Counted from the first letter of the stretch, positions 1 to 10,133 are shown. The stretch: 64,000 nucleotides of DNA from an uncultured Trueperaceae bacterium (GCA_963799485.1 CAWCXJ010000001.1:192001-256000); one strand, 5' to 3'. Numbers and translations are program-made. The notes: generated from the letters alone by a model not told the origin.

Positions 1-288
1 GTCGTAGCGGTACATCTGCGCGGGCGCCAGGGTAATAAAATAGTCATTCAGAAACGAGCCGAAACGCCAGTTGCGCTGAATGTGTTCGGTCAAAGACTGC
101 GCCTTGTACTGCGTCAGGACGTACATTCCAAAGATTTCAGAGTTCATCATGTTGTTTAGGGCAAAGTCGATGATGCGGTACTTGCTGCCGAACGGCACGG
201 CGGGTTTCGAGCGTTTGGAAGTTAAAGGCTCGAGCCTCGTTCCCTTACCGCCTGCCAAGACCATGCCTAAAACTCGAGTCCGTTTCAT
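1..288 (-). CDS. glgC: Glucose-1-phosphate adenylyltransferase, N-terminal part (runs off window start)
   Basis: Manual translation from the ATG at 288 gives [46 protein letters not shown]...[10 protein letters not shown], the ADP-glucose pyrophosphorylase signature. Not in the ORF track. Confidence 0.93.
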   Translation of the reverse strand, partial: MKRTRVLGMVLAGGKGTRLEPLTSKRSKPAVPFGSKYRIIDFALNNMMNSEIFGMYVLTQYKAQSLTEHIQRNWRFGSFLNDYFITLAPAQMYRYD

Positions 289-674
289 CACTGTTTCGTG
301 GTTCACGTGTCCGTCCCTTCGGCGCTCCCGGTACTGAGGCACCCGTGTTATCTCGTTTGTGAGCACTATAGCCTAACATGGTCTGCCGGGCGCACAGCTG
401 CGGCGCTATCAAGTTGTGTGAACGGTCGGGCTTGTGTGTGGCTTGGAGATGTAGAAGGCAGAATTGAGGGTATAGAAAACCCAAAGCTCCCCTTTTTCCC
501 TGCTTCTTCGCTGCGTATTCTTGCTCTTAATGACCGCAACCTCAAGCCTTGCATGTATACCCAAGCGCGCTTTAGTAGACGCTGGCAGGCACGAGAAAGC
601 CTTTCATAGTCGGACATCGGGTGAAAAGCTGAACATCGACAGTGATTCAAGGGTGTTCTTAGCAGCCTGTAGTA

Positions 675-1569
675 ACCACTGGTGCTAGTTCATAGAGAGA
701 ACTCAGCGATGCTCAGCTGAAACGGGTCAGCTTCGGGATGCAACTTGTGAAAAAGCCCAAGCAGAACGTTGAACATAGCAGTAGTGAAGGCTAAACGAGC
801 TTGGATATGCTCAGCAGCACGGTGCTCGAGTTTTTTGAAGTTGCAGACGTTGGTGAGCATAGAAAAGGCTGTTTCGATACACATACGTTCATTCCAAGCA
901 CCTTTGGGGCAAAACTTCAGGTGCTCGGGTGCGCCTGCTTGGTCACGAAAGCCGTAATCGGCAAGGACGATAGTTTGACCTATAAGAGGTTCGACTAGAG
1001 GATTGAAGGTTTTGTCGGGAACGTTCATGGTGTCGAAGTTCCAGGCGACGACTTTGCCCGCTTCATTGATGAGCACAGGTGAGCATCCCAGATGCTGGCA
1101 CGATGTGCCTAACCTGGCAGAGCTTCATACCGATACTCCAACGCCCTTTATCTCTGTCTTTCTTACCAATTTGTTGCTTGCTGCGCCCTTCGCGAATCGG
1201 GAAGATAAGTTCGATCGGGTAACTGTCGATAACACTAAAGAAGCTCGGTTCCGACAAAAGATGCGCCGCCCATGCTTGACGTGTTTTAAGCAACCTTTGC
1301 AGGCGACTGCGCTCGGGTAAGCCTGGGAATAAACCTCGGTAGTCTCGTTTCAACCAGCGGTAAAACGCCCCAAAGCTCACGCCCTTGAGTGCCGTCAGAA
1401 TGCCTATTGTCACCACTTCGCTTGTGAATGTAGCTTTAGCTCAGGCAGTTTGTCATCTACGACCATGAAAATCAGCGTGATAATATCTTCCGTGGTCATA
1501 AGGTTTTCTGTGTTGTCCACAATCTCACAGTTTAAGACCTTATGACCTTTTTTAACTAGCACCAGTGGT
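675..1569 (-). mobile_element. IS982-like insertion sequence, decayed
   Basis: Perfect terminal inverted repeats ACCACTGGTGCTAGTT (675-690) and AACTAGCACCAGTGGT (1554-1569), flanked by the direct repeat TAGTA (670-674, 1570-1574). About 0.9 kb with DDE transposase fragments inside. Confidence 0.85.
690..1499 (-). pseudogene. DDE transposase split by two frame disruptions
   Basis: MTTEDIITLIFMVVDDKLP starts at 1499 and stops early. Reading continues in ORFs 1063-1416 (IDSYPIE) and 690-1076 (LADYGF, ERMCIETAFS). Confidence 0.85.
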
Positions 1570-1663
1570 TAGTAACCTTACTTAATCAAAACCGTCCACA
1601 CCTTTGAAAAGTCGATCCCACCGCCGTGTTGGCCTGCGAAAGCATAGCGCTTCATATTCAGGT

Positions 1664-2281
1664 TCACCAGCGCGGCCGCGCCAAGACGTATCTAAGGTCC
1701 TCGGTCAGCTTGGGTATATTGCCCTGGGTGTAAACAATCCTCATTTTCCCCTTGCGGTCGAGCAGCGTGACGTGGCTATTGTGAGACACAGTGCCGTCAT
1801 TTTGCAGGACTGAAGTCGCGTAAAAAGCCGCGCTAGCCTTGGCGGTGGTTGTCGCATTGCCACTTAGACCAACAAAGCTCGGGTGGAAGTTTTCGACGTA
1901 CTGCTGAAGGCGCTCCGGCGTGTCGCGCGACGGGTCGACCGTGACCATCACGATTTGTAGATCACTGGGTTCATTGAGGTCACGGTAGACCTTAGCCAAT
2001 TCCGACATAGTCAAGGGGCAAACATCGGGGCAGTTGGCGTAGCCGAAAAAGACCAATAGAACTTTGCTGCGCCAGGCGTCAGGGAAACGCACCGCCTCAC
2101 CACCGGCTCGAAAAAGCTCGAAGGAATCGACCACCCGGGGTTGCTCAACCACGGTTCCTGCGAATTCATGTTGCGAACTAGGCGCGACCGCACGGTAGAT
2201 ACCGTAGCCTCCGGCAACCAAGACAACCAGCCCAAGTGCCAAACGTAATCTCTGCCGTATAGACGTTGCGCGCCCCATCAA
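1664..2281 (-). CDS. SCO1/SenC family copper chaperone
   Basis: N-terminal TM helix, FFGYANCPDVCPLTM (CxxxC), VTVDPSRDT and a conserved His near the C-terminus. Confidence 0.92.
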   Translation of the reverse strand: MMGRATSIRQRLRLALGLVVLVAGGYGIYRAVAPSSQHEFAGTVVEQPRVVDSFELFRAGGEAVRFPDAWRSKVLLVFFGYANCPDVCPLTMSELAKVYRDLNEPSDLQIVMVTVDPSRDTPERLQQYVENFHPSFVGLSGNATTTAKASAAFYATSVLQNDGTVSHNSHVTLLDRKGKMRIVYTQGNIPKLTEDLRYVLARPRW

Positions 2282-2332
2282 CCTACGTCAGCTCCCTCCA
2301 TGAAGCACACTGAAACATGACACGGCTCGGTA

Positions 2333-3226
2333 CTATTTGAGCCACGTCGCACCACCGTCATCGCTGCGGTAGACTTGGCCCTGCTGCGAAACAGCCATGA
2401 GCTGATTTTCACCTTCCGGCTGCGCTGCCACGAGCGCCATCGGCGCGCTCGGGCCTAGTGCAGTCCAACTTTGCCCCCCGTCCGCCGAGCGGGAGACGCC
2501 CTGTTGCCCGGCAACGTAGACGTTTCCACTCGCAGGATGGGCGTAGATACCCGACATGCTCATACCGGACACCTGCGTCACACCTTGCCAGCTCGCGCCC
2601 CCGTCGCCTGAACGGAGCAGCCCTTGATCCATCGTCGCTGCGTAGAGCGTGGCAGGGTCGCCGGGGCCAGCCGCCAGCGCCATCGCCCCACCGGTCGCGG
2701 GTGACACAAACTCCCAGCTGCCGTCGGCCTCGGTCGAGCGGTAAAGCCCTTGCCCGGCTATGTTGGCGTAGAGCCAGCCGTTCTCGGGCGCGACCGCAAA
2801 GCCGTGTATGTCCGTCCCCGGCAAGTTGCCGAAGCCGGGGGCGCTCCAGGTGCCGCCGCCGTCGGTGCTTTTAAGAAACAGGTCGTGTCCTGCTTGATAG
2901 ATGACCTCGGGCTGTGCCGGGGAGGAAGAGATAGCCATCGCGTCACCGGTATTACTCGGAGACGTCCAGCTCGTACCGGCGTCGCTGCTGATTTGCAGGC
3001 CGCCGTGCTGTCCGTAAAAGATGCGGCCCTCCGGCGCGAAGGCGAGCGCGTGCATGTCTCCACCGAGCTGACTGAGACCTGCATTTTGCACTGTTGCCCC
3101 GTTGCGTGTGGTCAACCACCAGACGCCGAGACCTACCAGCACAGCTACAACCAGCCAAGCCGTGAGCGAACGCGCTTTGCCGTTCTTCGACTTGTCTGTA
3201 CGAGGTTTACGTTGGGTGGTACTCAC
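2333..3226 (-). CDS. Membrane-anchored BNR/Asp-box repeat beta-propeller protein
   Basis: Repeated SxDGGxxW Asp-boxes plus DMHAL and DIHGF motifs and an N-terminal TM. GTG start chosen at 3226. Confidence 0.8.
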   Translation of the reverse strand: MSTTQRKPRTDKSKNGKARSLTAWLVVAVLVGLGVWWLTTRNGATVQNAGLSQLGGDMHALAFAPEGRIFYGQHGGLQISSDAGTSWTSPSNTGDAMAISSSPAQPEVIYQAGHDLFLKSTDGGGTWSAPGFGNLPGTDIHGFAVAPENGWLYANIAGQGLYRSTEADGSWEFVSPATGGAMALAAGPGDPATLYAATMDQGLLRSGDGGASWQGVTQVSGMSMSGIYAHPASGNVYVAGQQGVSRSADGGQSWTALGPSAPMALVAAQPEGENQLMAVSQQGQVYRSDDGGATWLK

Positions 3227-3304
3227 AGTCGGCCCCCAAAGAATATATTTGTCTCGAGAAAAACTAGCTGACCCATGTTGCACTCACGTTTTCGGGCTCG
3301 AGCC

Positions 3305-3544
3305 TCACGACAGCGCATGTTTAAGCCGTTCGAACTCGCCCTGGTCGATTTCACCTTTGGCGTAGCGCTCGCGGGCAAGGCTCAGCGCCTTGTCTTCGCT
3401 AGGGGTTGCGCTGTCGGCGGTTTTGAAAACCTGACCGAGGTTCAAAGCTCGAGCCAGATAGACGATCCCCAACCCGATCAGCACAACCAGCAGTAACCAG
3501 AAAATTCCCATCATCGTCATCATGCTGCCACCATAATTTCCCAT
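3305..3544 (-). CDS. Small SHOCT-domain membrane protein
   Basis: Met-rich N-terminus, one TM, C-terminal ARERYAKGEIDQGEFERLK. Start uncertain. Confidence 0.85.
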   Translation of the reverse strand: MGNYGGSMMTMMGIFWLLLVVLIGLGIVYLARALNLGQVFKTADSATPSEDKALSLARERYAKGEIDQGEFERLKHALS

Positions 3545-3596
3545 ACCATCCACGCCGTTCAGCGTAAAAAAGCTATTCCCCGTTTCTCGTTTGCCT

Positions 3597-3947
3597 TTAA
3601 CCCGGCTGCGCCGCCGCAACAGCGGGTCGACGTTCCGGGCTCGCCTCATCTTCGGCTTCCAACGTGGCGATTTGGCCGGCGAGTGCTTGCTGCTGCGCCG
3701 CGAGTTCGGCAAGCCGCGCAGCACGGCTCCGAGGTTGCTGACCGACTTCCACCGCACTTGGCGGCGAGGTTTGACCCTTACCGTTCATCGCGCCCATCAT
3801 CAAGACCATCGACAGCGGGCAGATCGCCAATACGAGAAAAGGCAGGGCAGCGGCGGCGAGGCCGGGCGCAAAGACAAACAACCCGGCACTAGCGGCGGCG
3901 ACCCCCGCCAGCACTTTCCAGTTGAGACACATCTTAAGAGCGTTCAT
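3597..3947 (-). CDS. DUF2933-like small membrane protein
   Basis: LPFLVLAICPLSMVLMMGAM motif. AAGGAAGAA upstream of the ATG at 3947. Confidence 0.75.
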   Translation of the reverse strand: MNALKMCLNWKVLAGVAAASAGLFVFAPGLAAAALPFLVLAICPLSMVLMMGAMNGKGQTSPPSAVEVGQQPRSRAARLAELAAQQQALAGQIATLEAEDEASPERRPAVAAAQPG

Positions 3948-4022
3948 TTCTTCCTTTTTCCCTTTCCGGGCGGTCGCAGGCGCGACCGCCCGTTGCAACT
4001 GCCGAGAGTTTAAGCGTGGTTT

Positions 4023-4039
4023 GTAAAGCTCAGGTAAAG
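4023..4039 (-). promoter_or_regulatory. Putative OmpR-family response regulator box
   Basis: Minus strand CTTTAC-ctgag-CTTTAC (11-bp period), followed 10 nt later by a -10-like TAAACT. Confidence 0.6.
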
Positions 4040-4042
4040 CGT

Positions 4043-4540
4043 CTACTCAGCTGTTCGAGGCTGCACGTTACCGGTCGCTGCGTCAACTAAAAGTTTGCCC
4101 GCGGTGCCGCCCTGAACGTACCCGACCGTGTAACCTTTCGCTGTCGGAAGAACATTTTGAAGGGTAAGTGCAGCCGCTGAGTCGCGGCCCGTAAGAAAGG
4201 CTCGAGCCAGGGCTCTAGCGGTAGCCTTATCCATCTGTGCAGCAGTGGCAGCCGCACCCATCATCGGCTTCATACCTTGCCCGTCCATCATGCCCATCTG
4301 CTTGCCTTGCATCGTCTGCATCATGTTCGAACACGCCTGCATCATTTGCATCATAGCCATCATGCCCTGCTGATCGCCCATCACGCCCTGGTTCATGTTG
4401 TTCTGCCCCGTGCTGTTCTGCCCCATGCTTCCCTGGCCCATCGTCATACCGTCTTTGTTTTGCGGTGTCGCCTCTTGAGCTGCGCCCAACGCGAACAAAC
4501 TGACAACCAAGACCACTGCACCTTTAGCTAATATCTTCAT
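4043..4540 (-). CDS. Secreted Met-rich protein with PepSY-like C-terminus
   Basis: Signal peptide, a long Met/Gln/Gly tract and C-terminal KLLVDAATGNV. Confidence 0.75.
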   Translation of the reverse strand: MKILAKGAVVLVVSLFALGAAQEATPQNKDGMTMGQGSMGQNSTGQNNMNQGVMGDQQGMMAMMQMMQACSNMMQTMQGKQMGMMDGQGMKPMMGAAATAAQMDKATARALARAFLTGRDSAAALTLQNVLPTAKGYTVGYVQGGTAGKLLVDAATGNVQPRTAE

Positions 4541-4742
4541 CCCAACTTCCTTCCTGTTGCTTTAAGTAGGTTTCAGGTGGTGCGACGACCTCTTCTGGTT
4601 CATCTTTCCACCCGTCATTAAAATCCGTTTCGTCGGACGATCCCGGCACGGGAAAAAGCATGGCCAGCAGCCACAAGGCGAACCCCAGCAGGCATAGCCA
4701 GCTCAGGCCACCCCAGAGCAGGCGGCTTTCCAGCAGACTCGT
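4524..4742 (-). CDS. Small membrane protein, start uncertain (ACG after AAAGGAGG)
   Basis: Hydrophobic WGGLSWLCLLGFALWLLAMLFP followed by an acidic tail. Strong SD but no canonical start codon behind it. Confidence 0.45.
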   Translation of the reverse strand, partial: TSLLESRLLWGGLSWLCLLGFALWLLAMLFPVPGSSDETDFNDGWKDEPEEVVAPPETYLKQQEGSWDEDIS

Positions 4743-4787
4743 GACGACGGCGCGACCTCCTTTCACTCGGAAGGTTAGGTCGCAACT

Positions 4788-4804
4788 GTAAAGCTCCGAT
4801 AAAG
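4788..4804 (-). promoter_or_regulatory. Putative OmpR-family response regulator box
   Basis: Minus strand CTTTAT-cggag-CTTTAC, followed 10 nt later by TAACCT. Confidence 0.6.
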
Positions 4805-5944
4805 TCAAGAACGGGGTGCGGGCATAGCTGCCGCGCGCGGCAGCGTAAACCAAAAGACGCTGCCTTCGCCTAACTCACTTTTGACGCCGACTTGCCCACC
4901 CTGACACTCGACATAGTGTTTGACGATGGTGAGTCCGATACCGCTGCCCTGTTCGGGTGCGTGCCGCCGAGCCTTATCGGTCCGGTAAAAACGGGTAAAG
5001 AGGTGCGGCAGGTCGGTAGCAGCCACACCCTCACCCGTGTCCCGCACCTCGAACAGGATTTCGCCTCCATGTGCGCGTGTCGTAATGCTCACCGTACCGC
5101 CACGGGGGGTATGTTTAAGTGCGTTGTCCAGCAAGTTGGCAAGCGCCTGCAAGGTGCGCTCGGCGTCGGCCTGAACATACAAGTTTGCGGTGGGGGAAAC
5201 CTCGAGCGCCACACCGTTGCCCCCGTAATCCGGTCGAAACGAACTCGCCGCTGCCTCGAGTAAGTCGGCGACCGCCAGCGGCGCGAGTTGCAGTGTTTCC
5301 TGGCCTGTTTCGACCCGCGAGAGTAAGGCAAGGTCGGCGACGAGCCGCTCGAGCCGCGCAACCTGGCACGCACACGCCTCAAACGTCTCGTCTCTGGCCT
5401 CGAACGTTCCGTCACGCAGTCCGGTAACGTAGCCGCGCAGGCTGCTCAGCGGCGTTTTGAACTCATGCGCGACGTTTGCCAGCAGGTCGACGCGGCGGGT
5501 TTCGGTCTGCTCGAGGGCGTGGGCCATATCGTTGAAGCAAGCGGCCAGCTCGCCAATCTCGCCGGGTGCTTGCGGATCGAGTCGCTCTTGGTAACGGCCC
5601 GCGGCAATGCGGCGGCTGACGCGCTGCATCTTGCGAACGGGGGCGACAATGCGGCGACTTACAAACAGGCTCACAGCGCTCGCGATGAGCGCGGCCGCGC
5701 TCATCCCCCACACCATGCCCTGGCGACTGGCTTGCTGGTAGGCAGCGCCCAGATCGCTCACCATCAGGTCCATCATCGGACCCGCACCCCGCATCCGCTG
5801 CATCGTGCCGCCCATGTGCTGGTCGAAAAAAAACGTAGCGAAAGTGTCCCCTGCCAAGTAAAACGTAAAACAGCCGACCAGAATGATGAGCAGGTAAGAC
5901 GCCAAAAGTCGCCAGTACAGGCTCAGGTCGCGGGCCAGCTTCAT
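4805..5944 (-). CDS. Sensor histidine kinase (HAMP-HisKA-HATPase) with short Met-rich sensor loop
   Basis: AHEFKTPL, NLLDNALKH, DTGEG, GSGIGL. The ATG at 5944 overlaps the regulator stop. Confidence 0.95.
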   Translation of the reverse strand: MKLARDLSLYWRLLASYLLIILVGCFTFYLAGDTFATFFFDQHMGGTMQRMRGAGPMMDLMVSDLGAAYQQASRQGMVWGMSAAALIASAVSLFVSRRIVAPVRKMQRVSRRIAAGRYQERLDPQAPGEIGELAACFNDMAHALEQTETRRVDLLANVAHEFKTPLSSLRGYVTGLRDGTFEARDETFEACACQVARLERLVADLALLSRVETGQETLQLAPLAVADLLEAAASSFRPDYGGNGVALEVSPTANLYVQADAERTLQALANLLDNALKHTPRGGTVSITTRAHGGEILFEVRDTGEGVAATDLPHLFTRFYRTDKARRHAPEQGSGIGLTIVKHYVECQGGQVGVKSELGEGSVFWFTLPRAAAMPAPRS

Positions 5945-6630
5945 AAGACCACCTCGGTGAATTTGTAGCCGACGCGCCGCAGGGTGAGCAGGTAACGGGG
6001 ATTTCCAGGGTCCAGCTCGAGCTTTTGCCTCAAGTTGGAGACGTGGACGTCCACTACGCGGTCGACCCCAACGAAGTCGTGCCCCCAAACACGGTTTAAG
6101 AGGTCGTCGCGGCGAAACACCCGGCCCGGATTGGTAGCGAAGACCAGCAGCAACTCGAACTCGACCGCTGTGAGCTCGAGCGTTTCCCCCGCGCGCGTTA
6201 CCCTGCGTTTGCTAGGGTCGATGCTGAGATCGCCTACCTCTATGACTTCGGTCGTTCTTTTGGGTTGCGTCCGGCGCAACACAGCTTTAACGCGCGCGAC
6301 GAGTTCCGGGGGATGAAAGGGCTTGGGCACATAGTCGTCCGCTCCGTGCTCGAAGCCCTCTAGCCGGTCTTCGGCCTCGCCGCGAGCGGTAAGCATGATT
6401 ACGGGTGTGCTCAGCGTAGGGCGCAGGCGCTTTAGCAGCTCGAAGCCGTCTAACCCCGGCAGCATCAGGTCGAGCACGATAAGTGCCGGGGGTGCGGTCA
6501 GCGCCCGCTCGAGTCCGCTCGAACCGTCGTGAACTACTTCAACTTCGAACCCACCACGCCGCAGGTAAGTCTCTACGATACGCGCGATGTCGGGGTCGTC
6601 CTCGACGAGGAGAATACGGGTGTGTGACAT
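5941..6630 (-). CDS. OmpR-family response regulator
   Basis: LLVEDD, LDLMLP, GADDYVPKPF, VDVHVSNLRQKLE. Leaderless-type TAAGCT-6nt-ATG. Confidence 0.96.
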   Translation of the reverse strand: MSHTRILLVEDDPDIARIVETYLRRGGFEVEVVHDGSSGLERALTAPPALIVLDLMLPGLDGFELLKRLRPTLSTPVIMLTARGEAEDRLEGFEHGADDYVPKPFHPPELVARVKAVLRRTQPKRTTEVIEVGDLSIDPSKRRVTRAGETLELTAVEFELLLVFATNPGRVFRRDDLLNRVWGHDFVGVDRVVDVHVSNLRQKLELDPGNPRYLLTLRRVGYKFTEVVL

Positions 6631-6747
6631 ACGTCTAGCTTAGGACGTCCAGCGGCTCAACCAGGGGGCGCTCAGATAAGCGATACCGTGAGGTCGAGGA
6701 CGTGTGCTAGAGACGGCGATGACCCTAGGGTACAGACCAGACTCCCA

Positions 6748-7599
6748 CTAGATAAACCAGTAGACGACGGTATCGTAAAGTCCGGTGAGGACCAAGACGA
6801 TTCCGGCGAAGAGGGAGAGAGCACGGTTGGTGCGGCGCATCCCACCTATTACCTCACGCTTTGACCCCACTGTCCCCATCAGCCCCAGCATGAGCAGTAG
6901 GGGAACAGCGGTACCGAGAGCAAACAGTGCCGGGAATACGACGCCGGTACCCGAGGCAATCGCGGTAGGCAGCATCAAACCAAAGAAGAGCAAGAAAAGC
7001 GTCGGACAAAAGGCCAAACCAAAAGCGGAGCCTAGTGCGAAGGCCCCAGCACCCCCGCCCCGTGTTTCCGCCCAACTTCTCAGGTGCTGCGCGGCTCCTA
7101 TAGGTAAGGGCAGCTGTAGACGCAGCCAGCCGAACATGTAAAAGCCGATCAGGATCATCAGGGGTCCGATAACGCGGCGCACACCGATAAATAACGCGCC
7201 AGGTGCGCCGAATTCACCACCGAAAACCCAGATGGCGATACCTGCGAGCGTCAGGTAAACCAGCGTTTTTCCGGTCAAAAAGAGCCCTACTCGTCCCCAG
7301 CCACGACCGTGTACCGCATCTGAAGAAAAGTAGGCTATCGCAGCAGCGTTGGTCGAAAGCTGGCAGGGAGCGGTAGCTGCCATAAGTCCGAGCAAGAAAG
7401 CTCCCAGGGCCGGAATACCGAGTCCGAGACGGACGGTGTTGAGGGGGCCGGCCACCACCGCGTAGATGCTGCTGGCAAAGGTGTAAAGCTCGAGGGCGAG
7501 CGTCTTCACTTCTGGAACGTACATTTTAAGCGCTACCAACAGCAGTGCTGTACCAAGAAGAATTAAGGGGAGACGCAAATGACCGGTTACTCTCTGCAT
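6748..7599 (-). CDS. CcdA/DsbD-like membrane thiol-redox protein
   Basis: Multi-TM with APCQLSTN and FCPT cysteine motifs. GGAGG SD before the ATG at 7599. Confidence 0.8.
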   Translation of the reverse strand: MQRVTGHLRLPLILLGTALLLVALKMYVPEVKTLALELYTFASSIYAVVAGPLNTVRLGLGIPALGAFLLGLMAATAPCQLSTNAAAIAYFSSDAVHGRGWGRVGLFLTGKTLVYLTLAGIAIWVFGGEFGAPGALFIGVRRVIGPLMILIGFYMFGWLRLQLPLPIGAAQHLRSWAETRGGGAGAFALGSAFGLAFCPTLFLLFFGLMLPTAIASGTGVVFPALFALGTAVPLLLMLGLMGTVGSKREVIGGMRRTNRALSLFAGIVLVLTGLYDTVVYWFI

Positions 7600-7632
7600 G
7601 TAAACCTCCAACCTTAGTTGTAGAAAAGTAAT

Positions 7633-7649
7633 GTTAAGCTCGTATAAAC
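7633..7649 (-). promoter_or_regulatory. Third, degenerate copy of the putative regulator box
   Basis: Minus strand GTTTAT-acgag-CTTAAC upstream of the CcdA-like gene. Confidence 0.45.
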
Positions 7650-7896
7650 TTCAGTGGTCGCTGCATACCGATTCGGCTGTCTTTGCGGGTCTGCCCGCTA
7701 GGATGCTGCTTTAAGGCGTTGTTGCAAGCCTTTCAGCTATTTCTTCAGATGTTTATTGCTCTCCCCCGTAGCCTCCTAAAAGCCGCGCTATCTAGTTGTA
7801 GACGAAAGCTCCAGTCAGGCTGCGTTTCATAAAGTCTTGCACGTCGGTATATAGGTCTCAGCAGTACAGGTAGACTTGAGGATATGGAGGTTCTTG

Positions 7897-9282
7897 GTGA
7901 CTAAACATGACCTTATCGTAATCGGCGCGGGGCCTGGTGGCTACGTCGCCGCAATCCGCGCCGCGCAGCTTGGCTTCGACACAGCCTGCGTCGAGCAAGA
8001 ACCGGCACTCGGCGGCACGTGTTTGCGGGTCGGGTGTATTCCGAGCAAAGCGCTGTTGGAATCGTCAGAAAAGTATCTCGAGACGCAAGGCGCACTCAAA
8101 GAACACGGCATCGAGGTATCGGGAGCGTCTTTGAATTTGGCGAATATGCATAAGCGCAAAGACAAAGTGGTCAAGATGTTGACCGGCGGCGTTGCCGGAC
8201 TGTTCAAAAAGAACGGTGTGACGCGCTACGAAGGCACGGCGAGCTTTACTGCGCCGGGCAAACTTACGGTTTCCGGCAAAGACGGGGAGACGGAATTAGA
8301 GGCCGAGCGCATCATCATCGCGACGGGCTCTTCGAGCGTCACGTTGCCCGGTATTGAAATCGACGGTGAGCAGGTCGGCACCTCGACCGACGCGCTTGCT
8401 TACGACAAGGTACCCGAACATCTCGTCGTTATCGGCGCGGGGTATATCGGCCTCGAGCTGGGATCGGTCTGGAAACGTCTGGGTGCAAAAGTTACCGTGG
8501 TCGAATATCTAGACCGCATCTTGCCGGGGATGGACACTGAAATCGCCGCCGACGCCCTGAAGATATTTAAGAAGCAGGGGCTCGAGTTCAAACTCGGCGC
8601 AAAGGTCACCTCGGCAAAAGCGCAGGGTGATAAGGCCGTCGTCGAAATCGAAGGGCAAGCTGCTTTAGAGGCCGACCGGGTTTTGGTCGCCGTCGGGCGC
8701 AAACCGAATACGGACGGATTGAACGTGGGGGCAATTGGTTTGGAACTCGACAAACGCGGCTTTGTGCCGGTAGATGAGCACTTCAAAACCAAAATCTCAG
8801 GTGTTTACGCTATCGGCGACGTCATCGGCGGCACGATGCTGGCGCACAAGGCCGAAGAAGAGGGCATCGCCTGCGTCGAAGGGCTTGCGACCGGCGTGGG
8901 GCACGTCAACTACGGCGCGATTCCGGGCGTCGCCTACACCGAGCCGGAAATCGCCTCGGTCGGCAAGACCGAAGAGCAGCTCCAAGACGAGGGCGTTGAC
9001 TACAAAAAAGGGACGTTCCCGTTTGTTGCCAACGGACGGGCGCGGGCACTCGGCCACACCGACGGCAAGGTCAAGGTGTTGGCCGACGCGAAAACCGACC
9101 GCTTGCTGGGCGTGCATATCTTGGGCTCACGCGCGGGCGACCTGATTGCCGAGGCGGTTGCTGCTTTGGAGTTCGGCGCGTCGGCAGAAGACGTAGCCCG
9201 GACCTCTCACGCGCACCCGACTCTGGCAGAGGCGTTTAAGGAGGCGGCGCTGGCAGTCGAGGGGCGGGCGATTCACGTCTAG
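7897..9282 (+). CDS. lpdA: Dihydrolipoyl dehydrogenase
   Basis: GAGPGGY, GGTCLRVGCIPSK, LAHKAEEEG, HAHPTLAE. Confidence 0.97.
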   Translation: MTKHDLIVIGAGPGGYVAAIRAAQLGFDTACVEQEPALGGTCLRVGCIPSKALLESSEKYLETQGALKEHGIEVSGASLNLANMHKRKDKVVKMLTGGVAGLFKKNGVTRYEGTASFTAPGKLTVSGKDGETELEAERIIIATGSSSVTLPGIEIDGEQVGTSTDALAYDKVPEHLVVIGAGYIGLELGSVWKRLGAKVTVVEYLDRILPGMDTEIAADALKIFKKQGLEFKLGAKVTSAKAQGDKAVVEIEGQAALEADRVLVAVGRKPNTDGLNVGAIGLELDKRGFVPVDEHFKTKISGVYAIGDVIGGTMLAHKAEEEGIACVEGLATGVGHVNYGAIPGVAYTEPEIASVGKTEEQLQDEGVDYKKGTFPFVANGRARALGHTDGKVKVLADAKTDRLLGVHILGSRAGDLIAEAVAALEFGASAEDVARTSHAHPTLAEAFKEAALAVEGRAIHV

Positions 9283-9293
9283 CGGTTTGCCGG

Positions 9294-10133
9294 CTAATGT
9301 TTTACCGTTCGGACTCGAGCAGGAAGCTCAGCTCCCTGCTCGTTTTTTACCGCAACGTTGTAGTGCTGCGCCAACACCTCACCGACGACCTCATCTTCCG
9401 CAATCCCCCTGGCCTTCGCCTCCTCCCGGTACGCTTCGATAACTGCTTCAGGAAGCCGTAAAAGCTCACTGCGCCTGCTCCGGTCGCGGACGCGGTAGTT
9501 GTAAAGCGCGTTGACGCCCAAAACCCAACCCGCGCCGAGCGCGATTCCGGCTAAAACGTCGGACGGATAGTGAACTTGCAAGTAGAGCCTCGAGGCGCTC
9601 ACCGACAGGCAAAAGAGCAGCCCGAGAGTGCCCGCAAGCCATTGCCACTTGGGGGCGAGTCGCCGCACGACGAAAAAGAGCGTCAGGGCAAAGACCGCAC
9701 TGCCGGTCGCGTGACCACTCGGAAACGACGGTGAAGCGGTCTGCCAGTAGTTCACATCGGGGAATAGTTCGGGCCGGGGACGCGCTAAAACAACCTTGGT
9801 CAAACCCATAATGACCGACGCGCCGACCATGCTGACGGCAAAGAACACCGCCTCACGGTGACTCTTAAACCATAAAAAGATAATGAGCAGGGTGGAGAGT
9901 GCGATCATGACCTCGAGCCCACCTACCGTGCTCAGTGCGAGGGCAATCTGCGTCAAGGTCGGGGAAACGAAACCGTAAAACCAGGTTAAGACCGGCACGT
10001 CGAAAAAGAACCCCTGTTTTTCGTAGATTTGGTCGGTTAATTCGGCGAACGCCCAGAGACCGCCGAGCAGAATACCCCAGTAGAGCAGGAGTCGCCACGA
10101 GAGGCGTGAGAGTAAGGTCTTGATGACGTCCAT
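9294..10133 (-). CDS. PAP2 family membrane phosphatase
   Basis: KxxxxRPRP, SFPSGH, SRLYLQVHYPSDV. Confidence 0.93.
   Translation of the reverse strand: MDVIKTLLSRLSWRLLLYWGILLGGLWAFAELTDQIYEKQGFFFDVPVLTWFYGFVSPTLTQIALALSTVGGLEVMIALSTLLIIFLWFKSHREAVFFAVSMVGASVIMGLTKVVLARPRPELFPDVNYWQTASPSFPSGHATGSAVFALTLFFVVRRLAPKWQWLAGTLGLLFCLSVSASRLYLQVHYPSDVLAGIALGAGWVLGVNALYNYRVRDRSRRSELLRLPEAVIEAYREEAKARGIAEDEVVGEVLAQHYNVAVKNEQGAELPARVRTVKH

Noticed and set aside
298..660. Short ORFs between glgC and the IS982-like element
   Set aside because: No recognisable motifs or consistent start signals.
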